64,000 nt of DNA from Myxococcales bacterium (GTDB taxonomy: Bacteria > Myxococcota > Myxococcia > Myxococcales > JAKAPL01): positions 13,017-77,016 of the forward strand of contig JAKAPL010000003.1 in assembly GCA_021807105.1 (NCBI GenBank). Direction: 5' to 3'. The notes under the pieces are model-generated. The model saw only the letters and a program-made list of their open reading frames with translations, did not search any database and was not told the origin of the DNA. A program made the position numbers and the translations under genes. Positions 54,725 through 64,000 of the stretch are shown here, piece by piece. Position 1 is the first letter of the stretch. The number at the start of each line of letters is the position of its first letter.

Positions 54725-56131
54725 CTAGCCTTTCTTGGCCGCCAGCTTCGCCTTGAACAGGTCGCCGAGCGTCCCGAGCTTGCCCGGCTTCTCCTCCCGC
54801 GGCGATCGCCCCTCGTCCCGCGGTCTCCTCTCGCCCCTCGCCTCGGGCGCGGGTCTCCGCTCCCGCCGCGGCGGGAGCGGACGGTGGCGCGGGGCCGCCG
54901 CCGCGAGCAACGCCTTCTGGGCGAGGTAGCTCTCGACCTTCTGTCCCCCCTCGACCGCGGAGACAGCCGCGCGCGAGAGCCGGATTCGCGGGGAGGGCTC
55001 GGTCGCGATCTCGATCACCGCGACGCGGAGCTTGGTCCCCGGCGGCAGCGCCTTCTCGAGCGTCTCGTCCTTGCCGAGCGCCGCCTCGCTCACGTGGATC
55101 ATCCCCCGCCCGCCCCCGGCGATCTTGACGAACGCGCCGTAAGGCTCCAGCCTGTCGATGGTCGCCTCGACGATCTCGCCCACGGAGAGCCGCTCGTGTG
55201 CAGGGAGCTTCGCGCGCTCGCGTTCCGCGCGCCGGGCCGCGCGCCGCGCGTCGACCTCGGCGACCTCCTTCTCTCCGGGCAGGCGCCGCAGCGAGATCTT
55301 CTGCGTCTCCCGGTGAATCGCGACGACCTCCACCTCGACCGAATCGCCCGCCGTCAGCCCCTCCGGGCGCGGGAACCCCTCCGGCGAGAGCGCCTCGCGC
55401 CGCACCCGTCCCGTTACGCCCGGGAGCAACTCGACGAGCAGGCCGCCCCACTCCATGACGCGCAGGATCTTGCCTGAGAGCTTCTGCCCGACGGCGATCC
55501 CCTCGGTCGCCCGCTCCCAGGCCGACGGCAGCAGTGCCTTGCGGGAGACGAGGATCCGATCGCCCTTGACCGGATCGTGGCGGATCTCCAGGACCTTGAC
55601 CTGGATCTCCTCGCCCATCGTCACCGCCTCGCCCGGATCGGCCGGGGCCTCCTCGGCGAGGTCCGGGCGGCGGATGAACCCCTCGATGCCGCCGATATCG
55701 ACGTAGACGCCGTGCGGCCGGATCCTCACGACCTTGCCGGTCAGCACCGCGCCGGGCGTCGCCCGCTCGCGCGCCTTGAGCGCTCGCACGTCCGACTCGA
55801 TCGCGAGCTGCCGCCGCTGCGAGAGCAGGATCTCCTCGGGTGTGGCCTCCTTGACCTGGAAGAGGAGTTGCTGGCCGACGAGCTTGCCCGGGTTCTTCTG
55901 GTGGCGCAGGTCCACCTCGTCCATGGGGCACAGGACGACGAAGCCGCCGCCAAGGTCCACGTCCAGGCCGACGCTCCCGCGCTGGGAGACGACGACGCCG
56001 GGGACGGGCTCCCGCTTCTCCTTGGCCTCGCGCAGGAGGTCGAGCGGGGAGAGGACGGGGAGAGCCTCCGGCGGCGGGGCTTCCTCGATCGGGATCGACT
56101 CGGGAGGGGCTTCAGGGGTCTTCGGGTCCAC
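54725..56131 (-). CDS. multi-S1-domain RNA-binding protein
   Basis: 468 aa. At least four S1 motifs (G.V..G.V..I...G..V.IGG.EGFI), and a basic C-terminal tail. Confidence 0.8.
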   Translation of the reverse strand: MDPKTPEAPPESIPIEEAPPPEALPVLSPLDLLREAKEKREPVPGVVVSQRGSVGLDVDLGGGFVVLCPMDEVDLRHQKNPGKLVGQQLLFQVKEATPEEILLSQRRQLAIESDVRALKARERATPGAVLTGKVVRIRPHGVYVDIGGIEGFIRRPDLAEEAPADPGEAVTMGEEIQVKVLEIRHDPVKGDRILVSRKALLPSAWERATEGIAVGQKLSGKILRVMEWGGLLVELLPGVTGRVRREALSPEGFPRPEGLTAGDSVEVEVVAIHRETQKISLRRLPGEKEVAEVDARRAARRAERERAKLPAHERLSVGEIVEATIDRLEPYGAFVKIAGGGRGMIHVSEAALGKDETLEKALPPGTKLRVAVIEIATEPSPRIRLSRAAVSAVEGGQKVESYLAQKALLAAAAPRHRPLPPRRERRPAPEARGERRPRDEGRSPREEKPGKLGTLGDLFKAKLAAKKG

Positions 56132-56140
56132 GACTCTGGA

Positions 56141-57247
56141 TCAACGATACCGCGGAAGGCGCATCGGCGGCGAGAAGATTCCACCGGCCTCCCGGGAGGG
56201 GGCGGCCGCGATCGCGCGCATCGCGGCGACGACGTCGGGGAGTTGTGGGACGCTGGCCGCTTCCAGCGGCCAGGCCATGCCGATCCCCGGAACGTCCGCC
56301 CCGGAGAGGAGCACCGGGGCGGCCGTCAGCTCGCCGAAGGCGCGGTCGATGACCCCGCGGATCACATGCTCGCCGAAGTTCGTAACGGCCGTGTCCTCGT
56401 TGACCACGAGCAGCCGCCCGGTCCGCCCGACGGAGGCGACGATCGCCTCCCAGTCGAGCGGCACGAGGCTGCGCAGGTCGAACAGGTCGAAGGAGAGACC
56501 TTCCGCGGCCAGTTCGCCGGCCGCGTTCAGGCAGACCGGCGCGAGTCGACCGTACGTGACGACGGTCGCGGTCCTCCCCTCCCGAAGCCGCTTCGCCTTG
56601 CCGAGCGGGACTACGTAGCGCTGCACCTCCGGCCAGCGCGGGCTCCAGCGGGTCCGATCGCCGAGCGGCGCGTCGATCCGGGCGTGCAGCTCGCGCGAGT
56701 CCTCGGGCTCGCCCGGGATCTTCTCTGCGCCCTTGACGCGTAGGAGCGCCTTGGGGGGCAGGAAAAAGACCGGGTTGCCGTCCTCGACCGCGGCGAGCAT
56801 GAGTCCGTATGCGTCGATCGGTGTCGAGGGGATGACGATCTTCCAGCCCGACAGGCGGGTCAACAAGCTCTCGATGCTGTGCGAGTGGTAGATCGACCCG
56901 TGGATCCCCGACCCGACCGGGGTCATCACCACCATCGGCAGGTGGAAGGCGCCGGCGCTTGTCCAGCAGGTGTTGCCGGCGAGCTTCAGCAGGTCGAGGG
57001 CATTGAAGATGTAGTCGCAGAACTGGATCTCGGCCACCGCGACGTGCCCGGTGAAGGCGATCCCGGTGGCCATGCCTACGATGCCTCGCTCATCGAGCGG
57101 GCTGTTCCACGCCGTCCGGAGCCCTTGCGTCGCGGTGAAGACGCCGCCCAGCGGCGGCCCCACGTCCTCGCCAAAGACGTCGGTCACCCCGAGGTTCTCC
57201 TCGGCGTAGTGAAGGGCCAGCCGGATGGCTTGCGCCATGTTGGCCAT
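56141..57247 (-). CDS. 2-oxoacid dehydrogenase E1 component, beta subunit
   Basis: 368 aa. MANMAQAIRLALHYAEE...VFGEDVG.PLGGVF.AT.GL. Transketolase pyrimidine-binding plus C-terminal domains. Confidence 0.85.
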   Translation of the reverse strand: MANMAQAIRLALHYAEENLGVTDVFGEDVGPPLGGVFTATQGLRTAWNSPLDERGIVGMATGIAFTGHVAVAEIQFCDYIFNALDLLKLAGNTCWTSAGAFHLPMVVMTPVGSGIHGSIYHSHSIESLLTRLSGWKIVIPSTPIDAYGLMLAAVEDGNPVFFLPPKALLRVKGAEKIPGEPEDSRELHARIDAPLGDRTRWSPRWPEVQRYVVPLGKAKRLREGRTATVVTYGRLAPVCLNAAGELAAEGLSFDLFDLRSLVPLDWEAIVASVGRTGRLLVVNEDTAVTNFGEHVIRGVIDRAFGELTAAPVLLSGADVPGIGMAWPLEAASVPQLPDVVAAMRAIAAAPSREAGGIFSPPMRLPRYR

Positions 57248-58219
57248 CTACGTGCCTTGTTCCTTCCGTCCCCAGAACGTGTAATCGTGGATCGTCGCGG
57301 GATCGGGCAGCGGCTCGCCCCGGACGATCTCCAGATCGGCCCGGAGGGCTGCCCGGTGCTTCTCCCAGATGGCCGCGGCGTCCTCGCGCGATAGCTTGCC
57401 CTCCGTGATGAGCTTCGCCTCGAACTCCTTCAGGCAGTCGCGCTCGTCGACGAGCGCGCCGCCCGTGGACGAGCTGTGGCCGTGCAGCCGGCTCACGTCC
57501 GCCTGGAGGCAGAAGGGCCGCCGCTCGTGCCGCACGTAGTCCATCGCACTCTCGATCGCCGCCCACGAGGCGGCGACGTCGTTGCCGTCGATGCGCGCGT
57601 GGCGGATGCCGAAGGCCCCGGCCCGACTCGAAATATCCGTCATCGGCCACTGGGTCCTCGATTCCGTCGAGATGCCCCAGTGGTTGTTCATCACGAGGAT
57701 CAGGATGGGCAGCTCGGCCCCCGGCCGGCTCGACCAGACGAGGCAGGTCGCGAAGTCGCCCTCGGCCGCGCCCGCGTCGCCGCCGTTCACGATCGTGATG
57801 CCCGTGCCACCCTCGCGCTTCTGGACGTGCGCGGTGCCGATCGACTGGGAGTACTGGACCGCGACGGCCGAGGTGACGGGGAGGACGTTCCACTCCCGGC
57901 GCGCGTAATGGTTCGCGAAGTTGCGGCCGCCCGTATACGGATCGGTCGCCGTTGCGCGCATCTGCCGCAACGTGTCGATGGGCGCCGCCCCCATGGCGAG
58001 CAGCGTCGCGCTCGACCGGTAGCTGAAGTGGAGGTAGTCGAAGGATGGCCCCTCCCCCTTCTGCACGAGCAGGCCGAGCGGGACGTTGAACGCCTCCTCG
58101 CCGGGACCACCGATCCAGAAATAGCCATCCCCGCCATGCACCATGGCGATGAGCTGGTCCTCCAGCACGCGGGCCTGAACCATCAGGCCGTGGATGCGAA
58201 GCTCGAGCGCGGCGTCCAT
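57248..58219 (-). CDS. 2-oxoacid dehydrogenase E1 component, alpha subunit (TPP-binding)
   Basis: TPP motif NGGDAGAAEGDFATCL and NNHWGIST. The stop abuts the beta-subunit ATG (TAGATG). The start is uncertain (ATG 58219 with GAGGG upstream, or ATG 58243). Confidence 0.8.
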   Translation of the reverse strand: MDAALELRIHGLMVQARVLEDQLIAMVHGGDGYFWIGGPGEEAFNVPLGLLVQKGEGPSFDYLHFSYRSSATLLAMGAAPIDTLRQMRATATDPYTGGRNFANHYARREWNVLPVTSAVAVQYSQSIGTAHVQKREGGTGITIVNGGDAGAAEGDFATCLVWSSRPGAELPILILVMNNHWGISTESRTQWPMTDISSRAGAFGIRHARIDGNDVAASWAAIESAMDYVRHERRPFCLQADVSRLHGHSSSTGGALVDERDCLKEFEAKLITEGKLSREDAAAIWEKHRAALRADLEIVRGEPLPDPATIHDYTFWGRKEQGT

Positions 58220-58346
58220 CGAGAGATGCCCTCGGCAAGGCATATGCGATCCCAACGACTTGCGCAACGGAATCGCGAACAGCGAGAGGCCGCCTTCTCT
58301 CCCGTCCCCCGGGGGGCTATATTCCGCTTCCCGACCGGAGGGTTCG

Positions 58347-59729
58347 ATGGCCTCGATCAATCCCCAGATCTTTCGTGAGTACGACATCCGTGGCCTCGTC
58401 GACCGCGACCTGACCGAGGACGCCGTGCGGCTCATCGGCCGCGGCCTCGGGACGATGGTGCGCCGCGCGAACCCCGGTAAGCCGGCGAGCGTCGCCCTCG
58501 GGCGCGACGCACGGGAATCGTCGGTTCGCTTCCGCGTGGCCATGACCGAGGGGCTGAACGCGAGCGGCGTGGACGTGGTCGACGTCGGCTTGATCCCGAC
58601 GCCGCTTTGTTATTTCGCGGCCAACACCTTGCCGGTGGACGGCCTCGCCATGATCACCGGATCGCACAACCCGCCCGAATACAACGGTATCAAGGTGGGG
58701 GTGGGCAGGACGACCCTCCACGGCGACGAGATCCGCGAGCTGCGCGCCCGGATCGAGCGCGAAGACTTCGAGCGGGGGGCGGGCGGCCGGCGGGAAGAGG
58801 ACATCGTCGGCCCGTACCAGGCTTTCGTACGCGCGAACCTCCGCCTCGGCCCGCGCCGCCCGGAGGTCGTGATCGACGCGGGTAACGGCGTGGGTGGGAT
58901 CGCCGCCCTCCCGCTCTTCACGTCGCTCGGCTTCCCCGTCCACGGTCTCTTCCTCGAGCCGGATGGCCGCTTCCCGAATCATCACCCGGATCCGACGATC
59001 GTCGCGAACATGGAAGACCTCCGCCGCGAGGTGCTCGCGCGCCACGCGGCCGTGGGCCTCGCCTACGACGGCGACGCCGACCGCCTCGGGGTCGTCGACG
59101 ACGCGGGGAACATCCTGTGGGGCGACCAGATCCTCATCCTCCTCTCCCGCAAGATCCTCGAGGAGGTCCCCGGCGCGTCGATCATCGGCGAGGTGAAGTG
59201 CTCGATGACCCTCTACGAGGACATTGCCCGGCACGGCGGCAAGCCGATCATGTGGAAGGCGGGCCACTCGCTCATCAAGGCGAAGATGAAGGAGACGGGC
59301 GCCGCCCTCGCCGGCGAGATGAGCGGCCACATCTTCTTCGCGAACCGCTGGTTCGGCTTCGACGACGGCATTTACGCTTCCGCGCGGTTGCTGGAGATCC
59401 TGACCCGTGAAAAGCGGCCGCTCTCCCGGCTGCTCTCCGACGTGCCGAAGACGTTCATCTCGCCCGAGATCCGGATCGACTGCCCGGAGGAGAAGAAGTT
59501 CCAGGTGGTCGAAGAGGTGAGGAACCGATTCGCGCGTGGGCCAAACCCGATCGTCGAGGTGGACGGCGTGCGGGTGACCTTCCCTGACGGCTGGGGGCTC
59601 GTCCGGGCGTCGAACACGCAGGCGCTCCTCGTGCTCCGCTTCGAAGCGCGCACCGCGCCGCGGATGGACGAGATCCGGCGCCAGGTCGAGAACGAAGTTC
59701 ATGATGCGATGAAGCGGCTAGGCGCGTAA
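58347..59729 (+). CDS. phosphomannomutase/phosphoglucomutase
   Basis: Start at MASINPQIFREYDIRG with SD GGAGGG. Active-site TGSHNPPEYNGIK, plus DGDADR and GEMSGH. Confidence 0.9.
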   Translation: MASINPQIFREYDIRGLVDRDLTEDAVRLIGRGLGTMVRRANPGKPASVALGRDARESSVRFRVAMTEGLNASGVDVVDVGLIPTPLCYFAANTLPVDGLAMITGSHNPPEYNGIKVGVGRTTLHGDEIRELRARIEREDFERGAGGRREEDIVGPYQAFVRANLRLGPRRPEVVIDAGNGVGGIAALPLFTSLGFPVHGLFLEPDGRFPNHHPDPTIVANMEDLRREVLARHAAVGLAYDGDADRLGVVDDAGNILWGDQILILLSRKILEEVPGASIIGEVKCSMTLYEDIARHGGKPIMWKAGHSLIKAKMKETGAALAGEMSGHIFFANRWFGFDDGIYASARLLEILTREKRPLSRLLSDVPKTFISPEIRIDCPEEKKFQVVEEVRNRFARGPNPIVEVDGVRVTFPDGWGLVRASNTQALLVLRFEARTAPRMDEIRRQVENEVHDAMKRLGA

Positions 59730-59738
59730 TATCCGCGC

Positions 59739-60695
59739 GTGCCCGGCTACGCGATCGGCATCGACCTCGGAGGGACCCACGCGCGTGCCGCGGTGATCGA
59801 CGCGACGGGGCGGGTGCGCGCGGCCTGCAAGAAGGCCCATGACCAGAGATCGCCCGTGGAGATCGCGGGCGTGCTCGCGCAAGCCACAGCGCGAGCGGTC
59901 GCCGACGCCGGCCTCGCGCCCGAGGAGATTGCCGCCGCGGGCGTCGGTATCGCGGGCCAGATCCACTCCGGGAGCGGCGTCGTGACCAACGGCCCGAACC
60001 TCGGCTGGCGCGAGGTCCCGTTCGGCGCGCTCCTCTCCGCGCGCGTCGCCTGGCCGGTCCTCCTGATGAACGACCTGTCGGCCGCGGCGTGGGGCGAATG
60101 GCGCGCCGGCGCGGGTGAGGGACAGGACGACATCTTCGTCTTCTTCGTCGGCTCGGGAGTCGGCTCCGCGCTGATCCTCGGCGGCCGGCTGTACGAGGGC
60201 GCGTCCGGTGTCGCGGGCGAGGTCGGCCACGTCAAGGTCGTCCTGGGCGGGCGGCGCTGCGGCTGCGGCGAACTGGGCTGCCTGGAGGCGTATTGCGGGG
60301 GCGCGAACCTCGCGGCCCGGGCGGCCGAGGCGCTCGCCGCGGGTCGGACGAGCGTGCTCGCCGGCACCGCCCGGACCGCCGCTGACATCGAACGGGCGGC
60401 GCTCTCCGGGGACGAGCTCGCCCGGGAGTTCTGGGACGACTGCGCGCGTTGGCTTCCGATGACCCTCGCGAACTGCATCACCCTCGTGAACCCCGCGCGC
60501 GTCATCCTGGGGGGGGGCGTGCTCGCGACCGCCCCCGCGCTCCGCGCGGTGGTGCGCGAACGGGCGTTCGCGCTCGCCTCGACCTCGGCACGCACCGGAC
60601 TTTGCATTGTCGACGCCCGCCTCGGCGACGACGCCGGCGTCGTGGGCGCCGGCTTGCGGGCCCTCGCCGGAACCACTTCCCGGAGGACCGATTGA
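59739..60695 (+). CDS. ROK-family sugar kinase (glucokinase-like)
   Basis: 318 aa. IGIDLGGTHARAAV and the ROK zinc motif CGCGELGCLEAY. Confidence 0.85.
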   Translation: MPGYAIGIDLGGTHARAAVIDATGRVRAACKKAHDQRSPVEIAGVLAQATARAVADAGLAPEEIAAAGVGIAGQIHSGSGVVTNGPNLGWREVPFGALLSARVAWPVLLMNDLSAAAWGEWRAGAGEGQDDIFVFFVGSGVGSALILGGRLYEGASGVAGEVGHVKVVLGGRRCGCGELGCLEAYCGGANLAARAAEALAAGRTSVLAGTARTAADIERAALSGDELAREFWDDCARWLPMTLANCITLVNPARVILGGGVLATAPALRAVVRERAFALASTSARTGLCIVDARLGDDAGVVGAGLRALAGTTSRRTD

Positions 60696-61426
60696 GCCAT
60701 CCGAAACCCGCCGCCAAGTCGCGACCGCGCCAGTTCCTCGAATTCGCGGGGCTTCTGCTCGCCGCCTTCGCCATTCGATCGTTCGTCGCCGAGCCCTACG
60801 AGATCCCCACGGGCTCGATGCTGCCCGCCGTCCAGATCGGCGATCGGCTCGTCATCTCGAAGCTGGCGTACGGCGCGCGTCTGCCCTTCACCTTGAGCGA
60901 TCAGGTACGCTGGGGAACGCCCGAGCGAGGCGACATCGTCGTCCTCTTGAACCCCAAACCCGGCGGGCCCGACCTCGCCAAGCGTGTCGTCGCCCTTCCG
61001 GGCGACCGCGTCGCCGTCCGCGGCGGTCGACTCGTCTTGAACGGCAAGGAGGTCCGGGAGGCGCTCATCCCCGGCCCCTGCCGCGACGAGGACCGCGACG
61101 AGGAGTCCGGCCGCTGGGTTTCTGTCGGCTGCCTTGCCTTCGAGGAGACCCTCGATCACACGACCTTCCAGGTCCACCATGTTCCCGGCAGCGACGTCCG
61201 GGACTTCGGCCCGATCATCATCCCGCCGGATCATGTCTTCCTGATGGGCGACAATCGGGACCGCTCCCTCGACAGCCGCTACTTCGGCCCAGTGCCCATC
61301 GGCAAGCTCAAGGGCAAGGCGTTCTTCATCCTCTGGAGCAACGGGCCCGACGGCCCGCGCTGGAGCCGGTTCCTGCACCCCATTCGCCCGCCGCCCCAGG
61401 ACGCGAGGCTCGCGGCGATTCCATGA
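60692..61426 (+). CDS. lepB: signal peptidase I
   Basis: TTG start overlaps the ROK stop (ATTGA), with SD GGAGGA 5 nt upstream. IPTGSMLPA, KRVVALPGD and GDNRDRSLDSRYFG. Confidence 0.85.
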   Translation: MSHPKPAAKSRPRQFLEFAGLLLAAFAIRSFVAEPYEIPTGSMLPAVQIGDRLVISKLAYGARLPFTLSDQVRWGTPERGDIVVLLNPKPGGPDLAKRVVALPGDRVAVRGGRLVLNGKEVREALIPGPCRDEDRDEESGRWVSVGCLAFEETLDHTTFQVHHVPGSDVRDFGPIIIPPDHVFLMGDNRDRSLDSRYFGPVPIGKLKGKAFFILWSNGPDGPRWSRFLHPIRPPPQDARLAAIP

Positions 61427-61501
61427 GGTGATGGTGCGGCGCGAAGCTTGCGCTCGCGCCCTTCGTCGTCCATTCTGACGGCCAACCCTCCGGAGATTTC
61501 C

Positions 61502-62509
61502 ATGTCCCGCGCCGTCGTCGTCTCCCTCGCCGTTTCCCTCGCCGCCTGCGGGGAGGGCGGCGGCGATCTGCCAGGCGCGACGAGCGGACCCGGCGGCGCC
61601 GGCGGCGGTGGTCAGAGAGGTGGCGTGAGCGAGGGCGGCGCCGCCAGCTCAGGCGGCTCTTCGGGCGGCGGCGTGGCGACCGGGGATGGCGGGAGCGCCG
61701 TGGGCGAAGGTCGCTCCGACGGCGGCGGCGCGACCGGCACCGGAGGCCCGAGCGACGCCGGCAGCGGGGCCGACGGAGGAGGTTCGGCCGACTCCGGCAC
61801 GCCAGGCTCGCCCACGGGCTGCGTTGGCCACGTGACCTGGCCCGCCCCGGACGCTGGGACCTGGTACACGGTCCACTTCCTGCTCGTCGACTTGCAGACC
61901 GACGCCGGGGTCGCGGACGCGACCATCGCCCTCTGCCCGAGCGACGCCGGCACGTCCTGCGCGAACCCGAGCGCCCAGGCCGACAATTACTCCGACTCGA
62001 GCGGCGCGGCCACCCTCACCGGACCCGCGTCCACCGGCGGACTCGACGGCTTCCTCCAGATCACCGCCAGCGATTACGTTCCGCTTCTCGGTTACTTCCC
62101 GGCCGTGGACAACGTCGCCTTCTACGGCGCGAGCCCCACGATTCGTGTCGCGATGATCGCGACGACTCCCACGTTTCAGGAGATGGAGGCGCAGGTGGGC
62201 AGCTTCTCCAGCAGCCGCGGCCACGTACTGTTCACTGTCACCGACTGCGGCGGCAGGCCGCTCGCCGGGGTCACCGTCGCGTGCAGCCTGAGCGACGCCA
62301 GTTCGACGACGGCGTACGAGATGGGCGGCATGCTCTCCACGTCCGCCACCGCGACCGATGCCTCGGGCCGGGGCCTCCTCGTGAACGTCGAGCCCGGGGT
62401 GGGAACGCTGACCGCGACGCTGAAAGGCAGCGGCCCGATGAGCCGCATCGACGTGGCCGTCCGCGCGGCCGCCGTCACGGAGGTCGCGCTCCCCCCGACG
62501 CCGTTGTAA
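61502..62509 (+). CDS. lipoprotein with Gly/Ser-rich linker and two beta-sandwich-like domains
   Basis: Start at MSRAVVVSLAVSLAAC|GE. ~90 aa of low-complexity Gly/Ser/Ala. Two segments of carboxypeptidase-regulatory-like type (VHFLLVDLQTDAGVADATIALC; VLFTVTDCGGRPLAGVTVAC). Confidence 0.65.
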   Translation: MSRAVVVSLAVSLAACGEGGGDLPGATSGPGGAGGGGQRGGVSEGGAASSGGSSGGGVATGDGGSAVGEGRSDGGGATGTGGPSDAGSGADGGGSADSGTPGSPTGCVGHVTWPAPDAGTWYTVHFLLVDLQTDAGVADATIALCPSDAGTSCANPSAQADNYSDSSGAATLTGPASTGGLDGFLQITASDYVPLLGYFPAVDNVAFYGASPTIRVAMIATTPTFQEMEAQVGSFSSSRGHVLFTVTDCGGRPLAGVTVACSLSDASSTTAYEMGGMLSTSATATDASGRGLLVNVEPGVGTLTATLKGSGPMSRIDVAVRAAAVTEVALPPTPL

Positions 62510-62556
62510 CAAAGCAGCGTTGTCTCGCGGGTGGCGGCGGAGTAACGTCCCTCGTC

Positions 62557-63075
62557 ATGAACGACGACCTGAAGCAGCTCATTCGCGATGTGCCGGGCTT
62601 TCCAAAGCCGGGCATCCTGTTTCGCGACCTGACGCCCCTGCTCGAAGAGCCCCGCCTCTTCCGGCAGGCGATCGATCGGCTGGCCGTGGAGTACTCGGGC
62701 GACGGCGTGCAGAAGGTCGCGGCCATCGAATCGCGCGGCTTCTTGTTCGGCGCGCCGCTCGCCTACGCGCTTGGCGCGGGCCTCTGCATCCTGCGCAAGC
62801 CGGGCAAGCTCCCGCGCAAGTCAGCGCGTGAGACTTACGCCCTGGAGTACGGCACGGACGCGCTCGAACTGCACGAGGATGCGCTCGCGATCGGCGAGAA
62901 CGTCCTCGTGGTCGATGACCTGCTCGCGACCGGCGGGACCGCGGCCGCGGCCGGCCGGCTCGTGCAGAAGCTCGGCGCCACGCTTGTCGGTTACAGCTTC
63001 GTCGTGGAGCTCTCCGACCTGGGCGGCCGGGCGAAGCTCGCCCACGACCGCGTGAACGCGCTGATTCGGTACTGA
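62557..63075 (+). CDS. apt: adenine phosphoribosyltransferase
   Basis: 172 aa. IRDVPGFPKPGILFRDLTPLL and the PRPP motif VLVVDDLLATGGTA. Confidence 0.9.
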   Translation: MNDDLKQLIRDVPGFPKPGILFRDLTPLLEEPRLFRQAIDRLAVEYSGDGVQKVAAIESRGFLFGAPLAYALGAGLCILRKPGKLPRKSARETYALEYGTDALELHEDALAIGENVLVVDDLLATGGTAAAAGRLVQKLGATLVGYSFVVELSDLGGRAKLAHDRVNALIRY

Positions 63076-63219
63076 AGCCGGCAAGGGGGGACCCGCGCCC
63101 GCTGCGTCCCCACCCCACCGCGCCTTCCTCGCCCCCCCCTTCCAGGCGGAGGGCGAGTACGCGAGGCTCGGCAGCGCCCGATCGAGCTTTCCTTCCCCTC
63201 GCGGTGGCTCGCCCTTCAG

Positions 63220-63462
63220 CCCGTCTTATTCACGGTACGGCGTAGCGAGGCGTTCGAGACCGCAGCCGAGAAGGGCAAGCGAGAGCGACGACCGACGAGG
63301 CGTCGCGTAAAGCACCTCCCCCCAAGTCGTTTGGAGGGTGGCAAGCCCCCCGCGAGGAGGTACGGAGCGAGCACCCCCCCATGTCGTTGTAGGGGTGGCA
63401 AGCCCCCCCTTCGGGAGGCGCGGGATCGGACGCCGCAGCAGCCGGACCGTGAATAAGACGGG
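63220..63462 (-). mobile_element. MITE-like element family B copy 3 (243 bp, inverted orientation)
   Basis: It is the reverse complement of copy 1 with both TIRs intact (CCCGTCTTATTCACGGTACGGC ... GGACCGTGAATAAGACGGG). It has an internal ~31-bp duplication of the GGGGGCTTGCCACCC segment. Confidence 0.65.
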
Positions 63463-63992
63463 ATCAGAACCTCCTCTTCGAGGACAACGACCGGCCGGGC
63501 ATGCTCGGCGGCCGCGTGGTCCAGCGGCTCGTCCGGCGCCACCGGCTGCTGCCGAGCGCGCGGGCGCTCGTCGTCGGAGACGGCCCCGAGGCCGAGCCGA
63601 CCTGCCGCGCCCTGCTCGAATCGGGCGCGGACGTTGCCTGGGCGGGCGAGGGTGCCGGCCCCGATTTGCCCGGTCTCCGCCGCCTGCCGGGTCACCGCGT
63701 CCGCGCGGCGCGCGGCGGCGCCCGCGTGCGCGCGATCGAGCTTCAGGGACCGGACGGCCACATGCCCTTCCGCGCCGGGCTCGTCGCGGTCTGCGGTCCG
63801 CGCGCCGCGGCGTTCGAGCTGGGCGCCCAAGCCGGCCTGCCCGTCGAGCCGCGCGGCTCGCGCGGCTTCGTCCTGCGGGCGGGCGAGGACGGCGCGACCG
63901 CCCTCCCCTGGCTCTGGGCCGCCGGCTCCTGTACGTCGGCCGGCGTCGGATCGGACGTCCACGGCGCGCGCGCCGGCAGGGCCGCCGCCTAG
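63463..63992 (+). pseudogene. C-terminal fragment of a FAD-dependent oxidoreductase (HcnB / opine-oxidase-A / SoxA-like), truncated at the MITE
   Basis: The frame opens at the MITE edge and reads DQNLLFEDNDRPGMLGGRVVQRL...ALVVGDGPEA...LWAAGSCT. The NDxPG(M/V) and second Rossmann blocks normally sit mid-protein. Only 140 non-coding bp separate the MITE from apt, so no N-terminal half is present. An internal ATG at 63501 could still give a 163-aa product. Confidence 0.45.
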
Positions 63993-64000
63993 GATCGCGG

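Overview
This is 64 kb of very GC-rich bacterial chromosome (about 70% GC by eye). It is most likely from a myxobacterium (Myxococcota). Evidence: a MYXO-CTERM-like sorting tail, many Cys-rich lipoproteins, a Ser/Thr kinase, and extreme GC3 bias that produces long spurious antisense ORFs. I can support about 50 protein genes. Housekeeping genes are rsmB, groEL, purM/purN, gmd plus a reductase, treY, fdxA, maeB, exbB/exbD, ilvE, lpxI/lpxB, 2-oxoacid dehydrogenase E1 alpha/beta, PMM/PGM, a ROK kinase, lepB and apt. There is also a lid-less Hsp70 / J-protein / CvpA operon and a large set of secreted Cys-rich, FN3, Ig-like and beta-propeller lipoproteins. I saw no rRNA, tRNA or CRISPR. The most unusual content is non-genic. 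(1) A roughly 740-bp array of about 35 phase-locked 21-bp units, each carrying a TCAT-N5/6-ATGA inverted repeat. It includes three near-identical 147-bp higher-order copies and lies between divergent groEL (no groES) and hsp70. (2) Two families of miniature inverted-repeat elements. Family A is flanked by CTAG and its ends supply the stop codons of neighbouring genes. Family B has 22-bp TIRs, is nested inside an A copy, and one B copy is expanded by 21-bp tandem arrays. (3) A 180-bp nested palindrome at a convergent gene junction. (4) Several gene remnants, one of them abutting a MITE. All functional calls rest on motifs I recognise by eye. No database search was run.
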